A DNA stretch of 64,000 nucleotides, from assembly GCF_009914755.1 (NCBI RefSeq), contig NC_060927.1. One strand, written 5' to 3'. Position numbers and translations under genes: made by a program. The DNA comes from the human T2T-CHM13v2.0 reference genome, Homo sapiens. Positions 1 to 27,211 of the stretch are shown piece by piece. The notes beneath the pieces were generated by a model, which ran no database searches, was not told the DNA's origin, and saw only the letters and a list, made by a program, of their open reading frames with translations. Numbering within the stretch: position 1 is the first letter of the stretch; the number at the start of each line of letters is the position of its first letter.

Positions 1-248
1 CTTATCCTCCTGCTTAACTTTCATCCCAGTTACCTAGTAGCAATGTTTGAAAAGCAGGGGAACTGTGGTCTAAAGAGAAAAAGTATGGCTAAATTGCCCA
101 GGGCAGCCTGGTTTCCTCACAAGATGACAATAATGATGTAACATACCAGCCTCCATGATGGAAGTGTTTGAACACTTGCATGGGATATGTCTGCATGGTC
201 AACAGTCGAGAAATTACCACAGTAAGAAAGTTCCTACAAAATACGAAC

Positions 249-371
249 CATGGCAAATGACTGTGGTGACAAATGCTCTTCACTTGGAGGCTCCCCATGA
301 TGAGATGACTGTACTTCATTTTCTTTGGAGATATTCAAAGATGCTAAAAAGTTCTCAATTCCAGAGTTAGG
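249..371 (-). CDS. XRN1: XRN1 coding exon (123 nt; PNSGIENFLASL...HLSPQSFAM)
   Basis: Acceptor TTTTAG|CCT, donor ATG|GTTCGT; 41 codons, phase 0-0; peptide matches recalled human XRN1 C-terminal region. Confidence 0.93.
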
Positions 372-867
372 CTAAAAGAATAAATATTTTGGGCATGAAG
401 ATGAACGTATAATACAAGAACACACAAAAAGCTGAGTTTTATGTACAAAAATGGTCATTCGATTTTCACTCAATCATCTTCCCAGGTGTTAAAGTTTGGG
501 AAGAGAATTGGAATAAATAGTTTTTTACCTTATCAATAGCATTTGGATAACCAGTCACAACCTTTTGGGTTTCTGAGACTTCTGGACTTTCATTTCTCTT
601 CAATAGCTTAATATTATATTTGGCAGGCCCTTCTAAAGTCTATTAAAAAAGTAAGAATAAACTTTTTGTGCAAATATATTTATAGTTAATATGTAATAGT
701 GTTCTAAATAAATTGTTGCAAAAAAATTTTATGTGCTATTTTCCCTTTTGTATCATAAGAAAAGGGGCCTATAAACTTGGATGGGGAAAATTACACCTTA
801 ATCTTCATTAACCTCTCAATGAGATTTAGCATTTCCTGCAATTATGAATATAGGCAACAAAACACTT

Positions 868-1312
868 ATATGGTCTGCATGTTTGTATTCCCCCAAAATT
901 CTTCTGTTAAAATCCTAACTCCTAATGGGATCATATTAGGAGGTGGGGCCTTTGGTAGGTAATTAAGTTTAGATGAGGTCTTTAGGGTGCAACATCCATG
1001 ATGGTATTAGTGTCCTTATATGAATAGAAAGAGAATAGAGCTCTTTCTCTCCATCATGTTAGAATATGAGAAGACGCATCATCTGCAAGCCAGAAAGGGA
1101 GCCCCCACCAGACAATGGCACTTTACCGGATTCTAACTGTATTTCAATATAACTGGTTTTCTCTTAAATCTTTTTAGCATTAAAGACATTATTCTGCTAG
1201 TGCCTTGATCTTGGACTTCTCAGATTCCAGAGCTGTGAGAAATAAATGTTTATTGTTCAAATGTACCTAGTCTATGGTATTGTTATTATAGCAGCCCAAA
1301 TCAACTATGAAA
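868..1312 (+). mobile_element. MaLR solo LTR (MLT1A-like)
   Basis: MLT1-type motifs: tatggtctgcatgtttgt...cccccaaaattc, ccttgatcttggacttc...gtgagaaataaatg, ttatagcagcccaaa. Confidence 0.75.
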
Positions 1313-1903
1313 ACCACAACAGTGGTGATTCTAATTGTATATCAGTATAACTGGTTTTCTTTAAAATCGTATGTATTTTATTTTAGCATTAAAAATACTA
1401 TTCTGAGAATAATAATGGCTTCACCAAAAGTCCATGGGCTTCACCAAAGATGTCTATTGAACAAAAAGTTTATCAATCCCTTTTCTAGAAGAAAGGAAAT
1501 TACAGTATAAGAGTTTCAAATGGAGAGGGCCTTAAAAGTCAAGTAATTAAACCGTTTACTGGTATCTAAACATTAATGGGTTCCATTTACTACCTGTTAT
1601 GTGCCAAATATTCAGCTAAGACCTTTTATAAATTTAATATATTACTATAAGAGATCAATTTAAAAAAATATATATTAAAATATGATAGGCATACAGAAAA
1701 GTACACATCTAATAAATATACGTGTCAAATTTTTTTAGATCAAAGATTTGTTATTCTTTCATTATAAAATGCATCCATAATCCTTGTAAACAGCAGAGAC
1801 TATATAAAGTAAAACATAAATGATCTTGGCTTCCCCCACACCAATCTAATTCCACAGAAGTTAGCCTGTTAAATTTGCTATTTTGTTCCATGTACTTCAA
1901 TTG

Positions 1904-2046
1904 TATATGTAAATATATATTTCTATGTATATATATAAGACCATATATATGTCTATGTGTATATATATAAGACCATATATATATGTCTATGTGTATATAT
2001 ATAAGACCATATATAATGTCTATGTGTGTGTATATATATGTCTATG

Positions 2047-2086
<40 letters not shown>

Positions 2087-2097
2087 ACCATATATAT
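1904..2097. repeat. ~30-bp (TA)-rich minisatellite followed by (CA)n microsatellite
   Basis: Three to four copies of atatataagaccatatatatgtctatgtgt, then about 16 CA units. Confidence 0.9.
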
Positions 2098-2120
2098 TGG
2101 GAGCAACTACAAGTGATTAA

Positions 2121-2445
<325 letters not shown>

Positions 2446-2727
2446 TTAAAGATGAGAAAATTGAGGCTGTGAGAGGTAAAGTGAATTGCTCAAGGCCACC
2501 CAACTATTAAATGAGAGAATCAGGATTTCAGGTGCCTCTAGTTCCAAATCCAGGACTTTAGGTGTACAACCTCCCATCCAAGTGACTGTCAGCTTAACTT
2601 CAGTGACCCTCTGGCCACACACCTTATAAATTTGGTTGAAAAGGTTGAGAAATTCAGTCCAATGCTACAGAGCCACCAATTGCATTAAAAAATTGGTAAC
2701 TAGAAATTTGATTTTAAGGAAGCTTAC

Positions 2728-2789
2728 CTGCTTATTGGACATTTTTTGGGACCAACACTCAGCTTTAGGACTCTTACACTCTTCTTTAA
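2728..2789 (-). CDS. XRN1: XRN1 coding exon (62 nt; [F]KEECKSPKAECWSQKMSNKQ)
   Basis: Acceptor CTCTAG|TT, donor CAG|GTAAGC; phase 1-0 fits both neighbours. Confidence 0.93.
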
Positions 2790-3696
2790 CTAGAGACAAG
2801 AAAACAGAAATTTTCATAAATGGAAGTGTTTACTGCACAATTAAAACTACCAAATATTTATAATAGCAAGGCACTGTGTTAAAAATTCAGAGAATTTCAA
2901 GACACAGTCTCTGAACTTAAGGAATTTATAACATAGATAAGGGGGAGAAGAGACACTTAGATAATAATAGAGAAAATGGAAAGGTGGCATCTGAATTGGG
3001 CCTCGAAGGAGGTAGGTTCTAAAGGGCAGACTAAGAAGTTAAGTACTCCAGGCAAAGCAAATAGTGGGAAAAAAGACATGGAAGCAGAAAGCAAGTTCCA
3101 CTGGAAGTTAAGGGTAAAATGGAGCTTGAGAGAACTAAAAAAGCAGGTTAGAGCCATAATCTGCAAGTCACTGAAGACTACGGTATTATATTAAGTTGGT
3201 AGGAAATGGGCAGCCAGTAACAGAAAGGTTTAAGCAGGTAGTAATCTGATGAGAACTGTGCTTTAGGACGATTAAAATATGGCCATAGCCTATTGGCTAA
3301 ATAGAAGAATAGTACAAGACCAACTCAGGCAGCTATTTTAATAGTTCTGTTAAGGGGAAATTGGGGGATGGTAGGAGAAATGAAAAGAATGAATTTGAAA
3401 AATTCTAGGATTTAGCAAATGACAGGATGTGAAGATGAAGGAGATAGGAAAGGATGAATTTGAGAGATTATTTTCATAGGATTTGGTAAATGACAGAATA
3501 TGAAGATGAAAAATATGAGGGGCATGAGGTAGATATGAAGAAGCACAAAAAGCATAGTTTGTAATTATTGCATAATATTCTATTATATTGGATATACTGG
3601 ATTATATAGCTATATAGATCTACTATAACTTATTTTTACCACTTTCTATCACTAGACTGTTCATTAAGCCAGTCTGAAAAAATAAAAAGGTGGGTG

Positions 3697-3990
3697 GAAA
3701 GAGAAGAGGAAAAAGGAAGGAAGGAAGGAAGGGAAGGGAGGGAGGGAGGCAATATTAAAAAAGAAAGAGAGGCTGAGGAAAGAAGCAGGGGAAGGGGAAT
3801 AGTGAGGAGGGCATGGGAGGAGGGAATGAGATCAGAGACAGGGGAAGGAAGGACAAAGGGGAGAAGGAAGGGTAAGAGAAGGAATAGAGAGAGAGGAAAA
3901 GAGAAGGGGAGGAAGGGGAGTAAAGGAAGGTAATGGAGGTAAGGAAGAGAGGAAGGGAAGAAAGTAATCTTACAAAACAAAGGAAAAGAA
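3697..3990. repeat. GA-rich low-complexity tract
   Basis: Almost pure purine run (ggaa/gagg). Confidence 0.9.
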
Positions 3991-4394
3991 AATGTGAGCT
4001 GACAAGCATTAACACTAAACATTTGTTGAGACATACACAAAAGAAAACTAACTGGAACTCCACATAACTCAAATAGTTTACATACATTTATGTAAATATT
4101 AGTTTGGAGAAAAATTAAAATCCATTTGAATATAACACCTTTATGCTATATTTATCATTATCAGATTTACAGGGACATTAATCTGTATTTAACTTAAAGA
4201 GTAAAATAAACCAAAATAACATACAGATACTGGTATTAAAAAAAGGTATAGCACTTACCAAACTGAACCAAAGTTAAAAACCACAAAATTTTTTTTGAAA
4301 ATAGCTTTTTAGAAAAATGTTTAAAAGATTTTAATACCTATAATATATAGATAAATAAAATACCATGCATATATAAAATATAATAAGTTAGACT

Positions 4395-4775
4395 CAGGGG
4401 TCTGCACTTGATATTTCCTCTACTGGAAAGTTCTTCAGCCAGCTTTGCATAGTTCATGCCTTCCTGAGCCCTTTATTAGGGTCTCTGCTGGAATCTCATC
4501 TCCTCAGAAAGGCCTTTCTTGTAAACCCAATTTAAAAGAGCACCCCTGTCACTCTATCCTCTTAATCTGTTTTACTTTTTCATCATAGCACTTATTATTA
4601 CTTCAGATTATGGAATTTACTGTTTACTTGCTTATTATCAGTCTTCATCTTAGAGTGTAAACTCCATTATACTCTAGGAGGTCAGAAAATTTGTCTTCCT
4701 TTTTAGTCATGTATCCCCAGCATCTAGAACAGTGCCTTGTACTCAATAAATAGTAGTTGAATAAATAAACGAATA
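4395..4775 (+). mobile_element. L2 3'-end fragment
   Basis: gtatccccagcatctagaacagtgcc...tactcaataaata...ttgaataaataaa terminus. Confidence 0.65.
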
Positions 4776-5249
4776 ACAAATGAGTCATATTTTGAACATA
4801 AAGAATAATTTTCTGCAATTTGGAAATCCTTTGGTCAAGGGAAGAGAAATAATTACTACAGGATGAAGATTCTCATTCCCAACTGTGCCTGAACACAGTA
4901 GACACTACTGAAGAAATTTAAAGAGTATAAACATATAAATTATGTGAGAGAATATTAACAAAATATTTGCACCTATTTTAAAGAAAAGCCTGTAATATAA
5001 TTTGGAGTATATAATAGGCAAGTGTTTATAAGCAGAAAAGTAACTGGATCACTCTAAGATTTATCTCAAGTTGTTAGGGAAGGGACATCAGCAAAATGTC
5101 AGAGTAAGGACCTCCAAAAATTCTCTCCTCCATAAAATCAACAAGAGAATGGGCATAAATTAGCAGAATTCATATTTTCAGAACCACAGAAGTTAACCAA
5201 AGGCTTGCAGCAATCTAGGGAGTGTTTATTCAAGAAAAAAGACAGTGGG

Positions 5250-14460
<9,211 letters not shown>

Positions 14461-14513
14461 TTTTTAAAAAAGAAGCAGCACACACAAGTACACCTTTCTA
14501 ATTTAAAACTTAC

Positions 14514-14622
14514 ATTTTCTGTGAGGGTCATGTTTTCTTTGCTGATATTTAACACTGTTGTCATTAAAGCCAGATTTATGATGTTGATTTACTTGGCTTA
14601 TTTCTTGAGGTAGAACTGCACC
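14514..14622 (-). CDS. XRN1: XRN1 coding exon (109 nt; GAVLPQEISQ...KHDPHRK)
   Basis: Acceptor TTTCAG|GGT, donor AAT|GTAAGT; phase 0-1. Confidence 0.93.
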
Positions 14623-14881
14623 CTGAAAATTAAAATTCTTATAAATTAAACAAAATCTTAATATTATAACTACTTCTTATCTTCAACTTTTAATAAATAC
14701 ATTTTTATAAAAATTATATAGTTCCTTAGAAAAAAACTTAATACAGAAAAGTATAGAGACTTTTAAAGCCACTTGAACTCTATCACCAGACTCATTAACA
14801 TAATGATCATCACTCTAGATATTTTTTCTATGCATTAGTTTGCAAGATATAAAGAAAACAATCATTTTATAAAAATGCTAC

Positions 14882-15177
14882 TTTTTTTTTTTTTGAGACA
14901 GATTCTTGCTCTGTTACCAAGGCTGGAAGTGCAGTGGCACAATCTCGGCTCACTGCAACCTCTGCCTCCCGGGTTCATGTGACTCTCATGACTCAGCCTT
15001 CTGAGTAGCTGGGACTACACGTGAGTACCATCGTGCCTGGCTAGTTTTTGTATTTTCAGTAGAGACGGGGTTTCACCATGTTGGTCACGGTGGTCTCAAA
15101 CTCCTGGCCTTAAGCAATTCTCCCACCTCGGCCTCCCAAAGTCCTTGGATTACAGGCATGAGCCACTGCACCCAGCC
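14882..15177 (-). mobile_element. Alu (AluS)
   Basis: Full dimer consensus. Confidence 0.9.
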
Positions 15178-16084
15178 AAAAATCCTCCTTTCAATAAAAG
15201 AATTAAATCTAATTTTGCTTGATGTTAACAAATGCAGAAACCAAACAAAATACTAAACTTTAGGTAAATGTTTCTTCACCTTTAGAGAAATATCAGTCTC
15301 TAAAGATCCCCCTAGATTTGCTTCAAAATAATCCCATCCCTTGGGTAGGTGGAGGTGGGAAATGAGTAGGGGTTATAGAAGAAATAGTACTGGACTAGAG
15401 CATGGCAGGGAATGAATACTGGTGGGTTCATTCATTCTATTTACTTGATGTCATTATGGTTAAACTTTTCCATTAAAAAGTTTTAAAAAATTTATCATTT
15501 CTGGCTCTACATTATGAAAATTGAGGATGTTAGCACACTTACATTCCCTTCCATGTTAATTTTTATTAATCCCATGTTTTATTGGGATTAATAACAATCC
15601 CAATACCTGATTTTTATTAATATTTATATTGTCAAGGTTTTTAAATGTTGGAAGCCTTCAATATTAAATAGCCAGACTGATGATAAAGTTACAGTGATTG
15701 AGACAGTTCATAGACAGAATTAGCAAAATGGCATAAATTTCATATGAAGATTCTATCAGATCCTTTCATTTTTGGATAGGGAGAGAAAGCCTGAATGCAA
15801 AAAGAGATAGACAATTTCCCACAGTTGAAGCAACAAGAAGCAGCAGAAGTGGAGGCTAGAGAAGGTCAATACAAATGAATTATTTCACCGTTTTGCTTTT
15901 GGTAGGCTCTATTTACTTTCTTATCAGCACAGACAAATGGACACTGGGTACAAAGACACAACATGTCCTAACTGGTAGTGGGCATGCTCCAAAATAGTTG
16001 TGATATGCATGGGAGTACCAAGGAAGACCTAATGAGATCACATGGACAGAAACACTCAAGACTCTTCAGTTTTTTAAAAATCTA

Positions 16085-16564
<480 letters not shown>

Positions 16565-17579
16565 TGAGATTTCTATCATCATGGCACAATGGCTGGTGGG
16601 GCTTTGGACTACAGCAGTACATTATGGGTGATTTTGACTCTAAGGAGAAGAATTAGAACATCAGGATAGAACAAGTATTGTCTGAGTGTCTTCTATGTGC
16701 CAGGTATGGTAAATGAACTGTGTACCCATTATTTTAATATCATTATAGTAATGCTACTAACTAAATAGTAAAATAAATAGTAAATAATATAATATTATTA
16801 TTTACATTATTTTGGAGCTCTAACTCCAAAATCCATGTTCACAGTACTACTTCAGAGAAAAGGTAAGCCATATGTTTAATTAGTAAGCAAATATTTGGGT
16901 ATAGTTCTTTAGGGTGTTCTGTTTGATATCTATATAAAGGTATTTGTACACATTGCCATGTTTTGCCAATGAAAGCTTGAATATTTCTTATCACAGTGAA
17001 TTCTCTTGAATTTGCTCATCAGGTTAGGCTGCTTATTAATGCATATGCGTTATACTTGGGATCTCATAATTCTTAGGACATTTAAGAGATAAAACATGAG
17101 AGTGTTCAGCTGAAATAAACAATGAAATAGCACCAAGTAAGAGGGGTTGCATGTAGGAGATAATGAGAAAATATAATATCAAGTGATTCTCAAGGAAATA
17201 GGAGATTTTGACTGAGACCTAGGGGGTTATTTGTAGTGAGAGAAAAAATGGGCATTCTAAGTGGAAGGAACAAAAAGAACACATAACCCCAAATGGGAAT
17301 CATCTGTGGGAAAGATAAAGTAAAGAGACCAGTCTAACTAGAACAGACTATTATGTCCAAATGGTTGGACATACATCATATAATTAGGTGGGGTTAGATT
17401 ATAGAAGGCCTTAGACATTAGTTTGAGGAGTTGAGGCAGGATTCCAACCCTGGAGCTGTATATATTCCAGAGTACTACAGCAATACTATTTTGTGGCTGG
17501 AAAAGACCTTAGAGGTCATCTAAGTGAACTTCATTGTATACATGAGGACACAGAAGCCTAGGGAAATAAGCCTCTCTCT

Positions 17580-18860
17580 GAGGAGAGAGAGTATTCCAGA
17601 CAAACTCAAAGGCCCTGTTGTGGGGACCATCCCTGGCATACTCAAGGAAGAGAAAGAAGACCATTATGGCTGTAGCAAAAATGTGAGTTATAGAAAATGT
17701 GATTAGAGAGGTGACACATCAATATTGTATGGGACATTCCAGGCCATTATATAAAAATAATGGCTTTTACTCAGTGAAACGGGGAATCAGTGGAGGGTTT
17801 TGAGCAGCAGAAGGACATGATCTCTGACATATTTTAATAGCATCACTCTGCCTGCTGTCTTGAGAATAGACTGTAGAGGAGCCAGGATGGAAGCAGATTA
17901 CTAGACTACTGTAACCATCAAGGTGAGAGTTGGTATGAATTTGGAGTAGGGTAGTAGGAGCCTGTGAGAAATGGTCCAATTCTAGACATATTTGAAAGAG
18001 ATTTACATATGATAATGAATTGGATATGAGGGTAAAAGAGAAAGGAAGGAGTAAAGGATGTGACTCTTAAGGTCTGAGTGAAAGGAGGGAGTGGCTATTA
18101 ACTGAGATGGAAATGACATTAGGTAACGTAAGTTTGTGAGGGAAGAACAAGAGTTCAATTTTGGACATGGTAATTTGAGATGTATATTAAGTACCCAAGT
18201 GGAGACATAGAGTTGGACATTTGAGTGGAGATGAAGGGTTGAACACTGAGTCTAAATATCATGGAGGACTTCCAAGCTGGAAAGAGAAGTTTGGGAGACA
18301 TGATGTATGTACTTTTGTAGGTATATATGTTTGTGTGTGTATCTATATCTATCTTATCTAAATCTATTTTTTTCTCTATCATCTATCTATCTGTCTATAA
18401 TTATCTATCTATGTATCTATCTATGTATCTATGTATCTATCTATCTATCTATCTATGGAAATGGGTATAGATACAGAAGAAGTCCAATAATTTAGCCCTA
18501 GAGGATTCCATCTTTAAAGAGCCCGAGAGTTTAGGTGAAACTGACAAAGAAGACTGAGAAACAACAGCCAATGAGACAGGAAGAAAAACAGGGAAGGGTG
18601 GTATTCCAATGACAAGTGAAGAATGGATGACAAGGAGAACTGAGTGATCAACTGTATGAAATGCTGCTGATGGGTCAATTCAGATGGAAACTGAGACTTG
18701 ATCACACGGTTTTTGCACACAAAGGTCATTGGGAACCTTGAAAGGGCAGTTTCCATAAAGTGATGGGAATGAAAGACCGATTAGGGTGGGTTTAAGAGAG
18801 AAGGGGGGAGAGAGGTGCCAGTATAGACAATTTTTTCAAGTTTTGTTCTAAAAGGAAGCA
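17580..18860 (-). mobile_element. L2 fragment containing a (TATC)n/(TATG)n microsatellite at ~18340-18455
   Basis: L2 motifs gagttcaattttggacatg, ggagggttttgagcag; tetranucleotide array. Confidence 0.65.
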
Positions 18861-19923
18861 ATTCTTGCCTTTATCTATTTGTTCAACTTTTTAATTAACT
18901 CCCTCCCGCTCTCTTAATCTTTTACTGAGGAACGTTCCTCCAAATCCAACAACAGTTTTCTTTTCATTTTTTGCCTTACTGCTTGACTAATGACTTTGAC
19001 TGTAACCTCTCTGCTAAGTATTACTAATCTATATCTCTGATTTGAACCTCAGTCAAGATTTAATCCAGTATCTGCAACTTTCTAGGACAGATATCACAGC
19101 TGGATACTCCACCATCACCTCAACCTCAAGGTGTCCCATCTTAGACAAGGCAGCATGAGAGAAGAAGAACATTTTTTTTTAAGTTAAAAAAAAAAAAAAG
19201 GTCCCAGAATCGGCCTCACCTAAAGTTACTCCTCTTACCCTTATTTCTAACACCACCATTCCTCAGGCATATAATCTAAAATGCTTAGAGTCAAAAATTT
19301 TTGCTTTCTAACATTATTTTTACAATGATATTATAAATCATTCTATCATTCTACTCCTCCTCAGTTCCTGCAACTGGACTTTAGATCGTCATCCTTGGCC
19401 TAAATTAACCTTCTAACTACGATTCTTGTTTCCTATCTTTTTCACATATAGTCCTTCTTACATACTGCTGCCTGATTAATCTTTCTTAAAGACCCTGTCA
19501 TCTGTTTTGGCCCCAAGGCATAATTGGGCAAAGTATCTCTTGGGTTTGAACCCAGTTTATACCCTGAAGCAGTGTGGTGCAGTAAGTACAGTACTGGACT
19601 CAGAATCAGGAAATCAGGTTTTGTGATTCAAATAGTTTAAAACAAAATAATTTATAGATAACCTAAAGAAAGCTTATAATAGCATATTGGCTGAGGAGAA
19701 CTACGTATCTTGTCACCTTAATTTTTTTCTTTATTCTTTAAGTTATGACATATACACTAATTTTTTATGTTTATTTTATTATTTATATTTATTTTACCAT
19801 TTATGTTTATATTCCCTTTGTAATTTTCTCTTTTATCTCTGATAATGCCACCATTACTGCAGGACATTAGAATAAATGAGGGTCTGAAGGTACAGGCTAC
19901 TGGTTTATAAACTTGAACATTCC

Positions 19924-20236
<313 letters not shown>

Positions 20237-20589
20237 TGATCTAAGCTGAGAAGATAGGTAACTAGCAAAACATGTAGTAGGAATTTATTCCTTTCCTCTT
20301 CCTTTCTTTGTCTGAGTCTCTAATCTTTTAGCAGCACTTTTTCTCTCTTCTTAATCTCTACCAAGGAATACATATTTGTTCATTCATATTTAAGATAACC
20401 AACTACCAGCATAAAGTGACACATTCAAGTGGAAAAAGTAAGTTGTTAAATGCGATAACGGCCTTTGTTGAATTTAAAATATAGTTACTATGACTTCGTA
20501 AATAACTAAAAAAACCCTAAAGCTGATTTAAAACAAAAATTATCTATACTCTCGACTCATTGGTCCAGAAACTAAGGTCTGAAAATAAT

Positions 20590-22548
<1,959 letters not shown>

Positions 22549-22680
22549 AAATTCATGATCAAAATTGTCATTTTCTATTTTATGAGATGTCACAGAAAAA
22601 TAATCATTGTAGTCTTAAAAGAAAAATATAAAAATATATTTTCTTTAAATTAATTGTCCATCAAAACAAGGAATACTAAC

Positions 22681-22776
22681 CTTCTCTTGTATAGTTGGCT
22701 GAAAGTATTGCATCTTTCCAGATCCCTGTAAGGACTGCCAAATGTTGCAGAATTCATCATCATCTTTAGTAGGTAC
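22681..22776 (-). CDS. XRN1: XRN1 coding exon (96 nt; VPTKDDDEFCNIWQSLQ...TIQEK)
   Basis: Acceptor TGCTAG|GTA, donor AAG|GTTAGT; phase 0-0. Confidence 0.94.
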
Positions 22777-22891
22777 CTAGCAAAGTACAAACAATTTCTT
22801 GAGAAAATGAAATAGGAAGAAATAAAAATACATATTAAAAATCAAATAATTCATCTATTAATGTTATTCAGTGGTAGACAGGATATTAAAC

Positions 22892-23196
22892 CTTTTTTTT
22901 TTGACTTGGGGTCTTACTCATGTGGGGTCTTGCTCATGTCGCCCAAGCTGGGGAGCTGTGGTGGGGTCATAGGTGATTGTAACCTCGAATTCCTGGGCTC
23001 AATCCTCAGCCTCCTGTGGAGCTAGGACTACAAGCGTGTACCATCATGCCCAACTATTTTTTTTTTTTCTTCTAGGGATGGGTTGCCATGTTTTGCTGTG
23101 TTGCCCAGGCTGGTGTTGAACTACTGCCTCAAGCAGTCCTCCTGCCTTAGCCTCCCAGAGTGTTGGGGTTACAGATGTGAGCTACCACGTCCACCC
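22892..23196 (-). mobile_element. Diverged Alu (AluJ)
   Basis: Degenerate Alu dimer. Confidence 0.8.
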
Positions 23197-24191
23197 CTAA
23201 ACTAACTTTCATTATGTGAAATCTCTTAGTTCCTTTTTTTCTAAAGCTCAGCATAGTAATCACAAAAGTATTCTATGAGAGTGAAACTGGTGTTCTTTAT
23301 ATGCAATTAGTTTTGAATGGTTTTATTTGTTGAAAAATATTTAAAGCATAACAAACACTATAAAAGATTATACTGAATCAATATCCCACCAATAGGTTTT
23401 TTGTCTTCTAATGTATTAAAATACATTCTCTCACTCAAATTGACACCTAAAGATTTTATTTTTAAAATCTTCACCTTACACAAAATAATCTAATAAATTT
23501 AAATATCAACTATTAAGATTAAAACTCTGGAAAAATAGGCACCAAATTTTGACAGTGGTAACCTATGAGATTTTAGAGGACTTTTGCTTGTGTTTCCTTT
23601 GTTATCATCTACTTATCTGTGTTTTCCAATTGGTTTATAATAAGCAGGTACTATTTGGGTTAAAAAAACGTACTTAATAAGCATGAGATTTGGGGTCATG
23701 GAATTAAATAAAGTGTCTCACACAAGACAACTCAATTTTTGTCCCCAGAAAGAGGAAATAAAGGAAATCACCCATAAATTGTATGGTAGAAACTTGAAAA
23801 TTGCTTTTGATAAACGTGATATAATCCTTGCCCTTTATCTTTCAAATTTATGTTATTTATAGCAGATAGCATAGGACATTTGGATTATACAAGAAAAAAA
23901 TTAAATGTTAACTTGAAATGTAAACATTTACAGAGAAAGCATGGACATTCTTAAGTTCCTTATTTAAATACACTTTTTTCCTTTAATACAACTGTTATTT
24001 TATAGCAGAGGTAGAATGCTAGCAATAGCATTCTTTATTAGCCTAGTATCTTAAATTTGGAATTGACCTGAGCCAAAACTTTTTAAATAAAAGAGGGAAA
24101 CTAAGTTAAATTAGGTTTACATTTACAAAGTCTGCTGTGATTTGTGATTTGTAAAAGGGGTAGAGGAGAAGTTAAAGACTGAGAGTCTTAC

Positions 24192-24399
24192 TTGAGTAGG
24201 AACAAAAAGTGATTGAGGGGAATGGTTGAGGGCTCCCAAATGCCCAGAGGAAACTGATGAACTTGAGCTATGTTGATGTACAGCTGGTTGTGGTTTTACG
24301 ATGGCTGTCAACTTCTGATTTCCAGTTTCAGAGCGACTCCCATGAGAAAGGTTCACCAAGGCACTTGTTGGCAGTCGATAACCTCTACCAGGTGAGCAT
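24192..24399 (-). CDS. XRN1: XRN1 coding exon (208 nt; CSPGRGYRLPTSALVNLSHG...LFVPTQ)
   Basis: Acceptor TTTTAG|A, donor CAA|GTAAGA; phase 2-0; overlaps ORF 24123..24359. Confidence 0.95.
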
Positions 24400-24710
24400 C
24401 TAAAAGTAAAAGTTATATCAGGGTTGGAAGGAAAACAATACTAAATGTGTTAGGGAGAAAAGTCAAATAATTTTTGGTGGACAATCCATCATCAGCATTA
24501 GTAAATATTACTTTTTAATTCGGTAGAGGAACCTCAAATCACAGCAATAGCTCAATTTATAAGATGATGTATTTCTAAAAACTTTCCTAAGAGCATATTT
24601 AGTATTTACTAAGTAGAGAAAACCCAACTATGTTCTAGGGGTGTGTGTCGATTTGTCGTTAAGAAGCTTGCATCTTAATTGCTGAATACAACTGAAAATT
24701 TATGAATTAA

Positions 24711-25017
<307 letters not shown>

Positions 25018-25029
25018 TAAAAACTGTGG

Positions 25030-25583
<554 letters not shown>

Positions 25584-27141
25584 TCATGGCTTTGATAAAC
25601 GTGTCAGATATTAAAGAATCCTTCTCTTGTTAAGTTTTCAACTCTATCACCTATTTTTTTTCTCTTTGAGAGTATAATTTTCTTATATTGAAAGAAAGTG
25701 GAAAAGTAGATTTCTATGAGAAACCTTTGTAAGTTCAAGGTTGCTAGGAAGTATCTATTTTCATGAGAACTAAACTTACTAAAGATTCTGTATTACAGAA
25801 ATGAATACACTGCAGGCAGGTAATCTTTTACCCAGCTCTCTATCAGTCAGTAAATTCACTGTCCCTTACTAGGAGAGGGGGGAAAAAACCACAAAAATAT
25901 ACTTAAAATATATTTTGGAAAGTTAGTGAATCAAAGGTATTGGTAATCAAACACTTTCATGAAAAATAAAATCAGACAGGAGATCCGGATTCTGCTGCTG
26001 TATGTGAAGAGTGTAGACCGGAAAAGTCTTTGAATAACAAGCATATTTAAGTTGCAAAACAATAATAATAGCATCCTGAAGGTGACTACTTGGTATAACA
26101 GCCAAAGACTGTGAGTTCATGTAAGGAGGTTAAAAAAGGGTAATTAATTTTTTATTTTAATTACTCACTTATCAAAATAGAGGAAAAAAGGAAACTAAGC
26201 TAAATTCAGTTCAGTTTTCCAGCTGATTTTTAGAAAGCAGAAAACTGGAAAGGATTTCATCTCATCCTCACAATAACCTAGGGAAGTATGTATATATCTT
26301 CATTATAGATGAGGAAATTGAGGGTCAGACACTTAATTAACCTACCCAAGGAAATACAACGTTTAACTGCAAGTTTACACCATGGTGCCTCTCATTTTAT
26401 CATGATACTTGTTCCTATAACTTTAAACTTTCTATTGGCACTTTCCCCCAAAACACTTGTCTTATCTGTGTTAAATTAAAAACAATTTAACCCTCTTCCT
26501 TTAAACCTCCTAACCTCCAGTTAACTTTCTCCTTTCCTTTATAGTCAAACTTCCCAAGTGTTGCCTCAATTTCCTGTCTCCATTACTACACCTGCCATTC
26601 ACTTGTCAAATCATGCCAATCTGTCGTGAGTACCTACAACTCCACTAAAATTGGTGACAAAGACATACATGTCACTAATTTCAAAGGACATTTCTATTCC
26701 TCAAGTTATTTAACCCTAATAGCATTGTTTACATATGCTATTCCCTCTTCCTGTGCAAATGTCATTATTCCCCCCTTTTCTCCCTGGTTAGCTATTATTC
26801 ATTCTTCAAGTTCTATCTTAAATACCACTTCCTCAAAGAGGCCTTTCTGTTACTCTCAGGATGGGTCATACTCTTTATAAAAACCTGCACTTCTTCCTAG
26901 CACTTGCCATGCTTTAATTAAATAATTAATAATGTAATCGGTTGCTTAATTACCTCCCTCACTAAAATGAAAGCTCTCTGAGGGTAGAAAGCATGTCTGC
27001 CTTATTCAGTGTTACATCCCTAGTAGCAAGTACGTCTTACACATCCCACAAACTGAAATTGTAAACAAATAAAAAGTAATGTAAAGTCACTGGCCACATG
27101 AACATATTCACAAAGGGCAATTATCATTGGGAAATACAAAC

Positions 27142-27211
27142 CTTATTGTTAACCCTCCAGGAAATTCTTCATCAAATAATACTTCAAATAGTACATCGGC
27201 TTCTCTATTAG
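27142..27211 (-). CDS. XRN1: XRN1 coding exon (70 nt; NREADVLFEVLFDEEFPGGLTI), SH3-like domain region
   Basis: Acceptor TAACAG|CT, donor AAG|GTTTGT; phase 1-2. Confidence 0.94.

Noticed and set aside
3636-4087. Overlapping ORFs of 79-134 aa
   Set aside because: Artefact of a GA/CT low-complexity tract that lacks stop codons; the same applies to 29804-30182.
26090-26200. Possible cryptic exon (pyrimidine tract plus AAGTGAGT on the minus strand)
   Set aside because: No convincing acceptor/donor pair: the downstream donor GTAGTC is weak and the site is not an AG|GT recursive motif.
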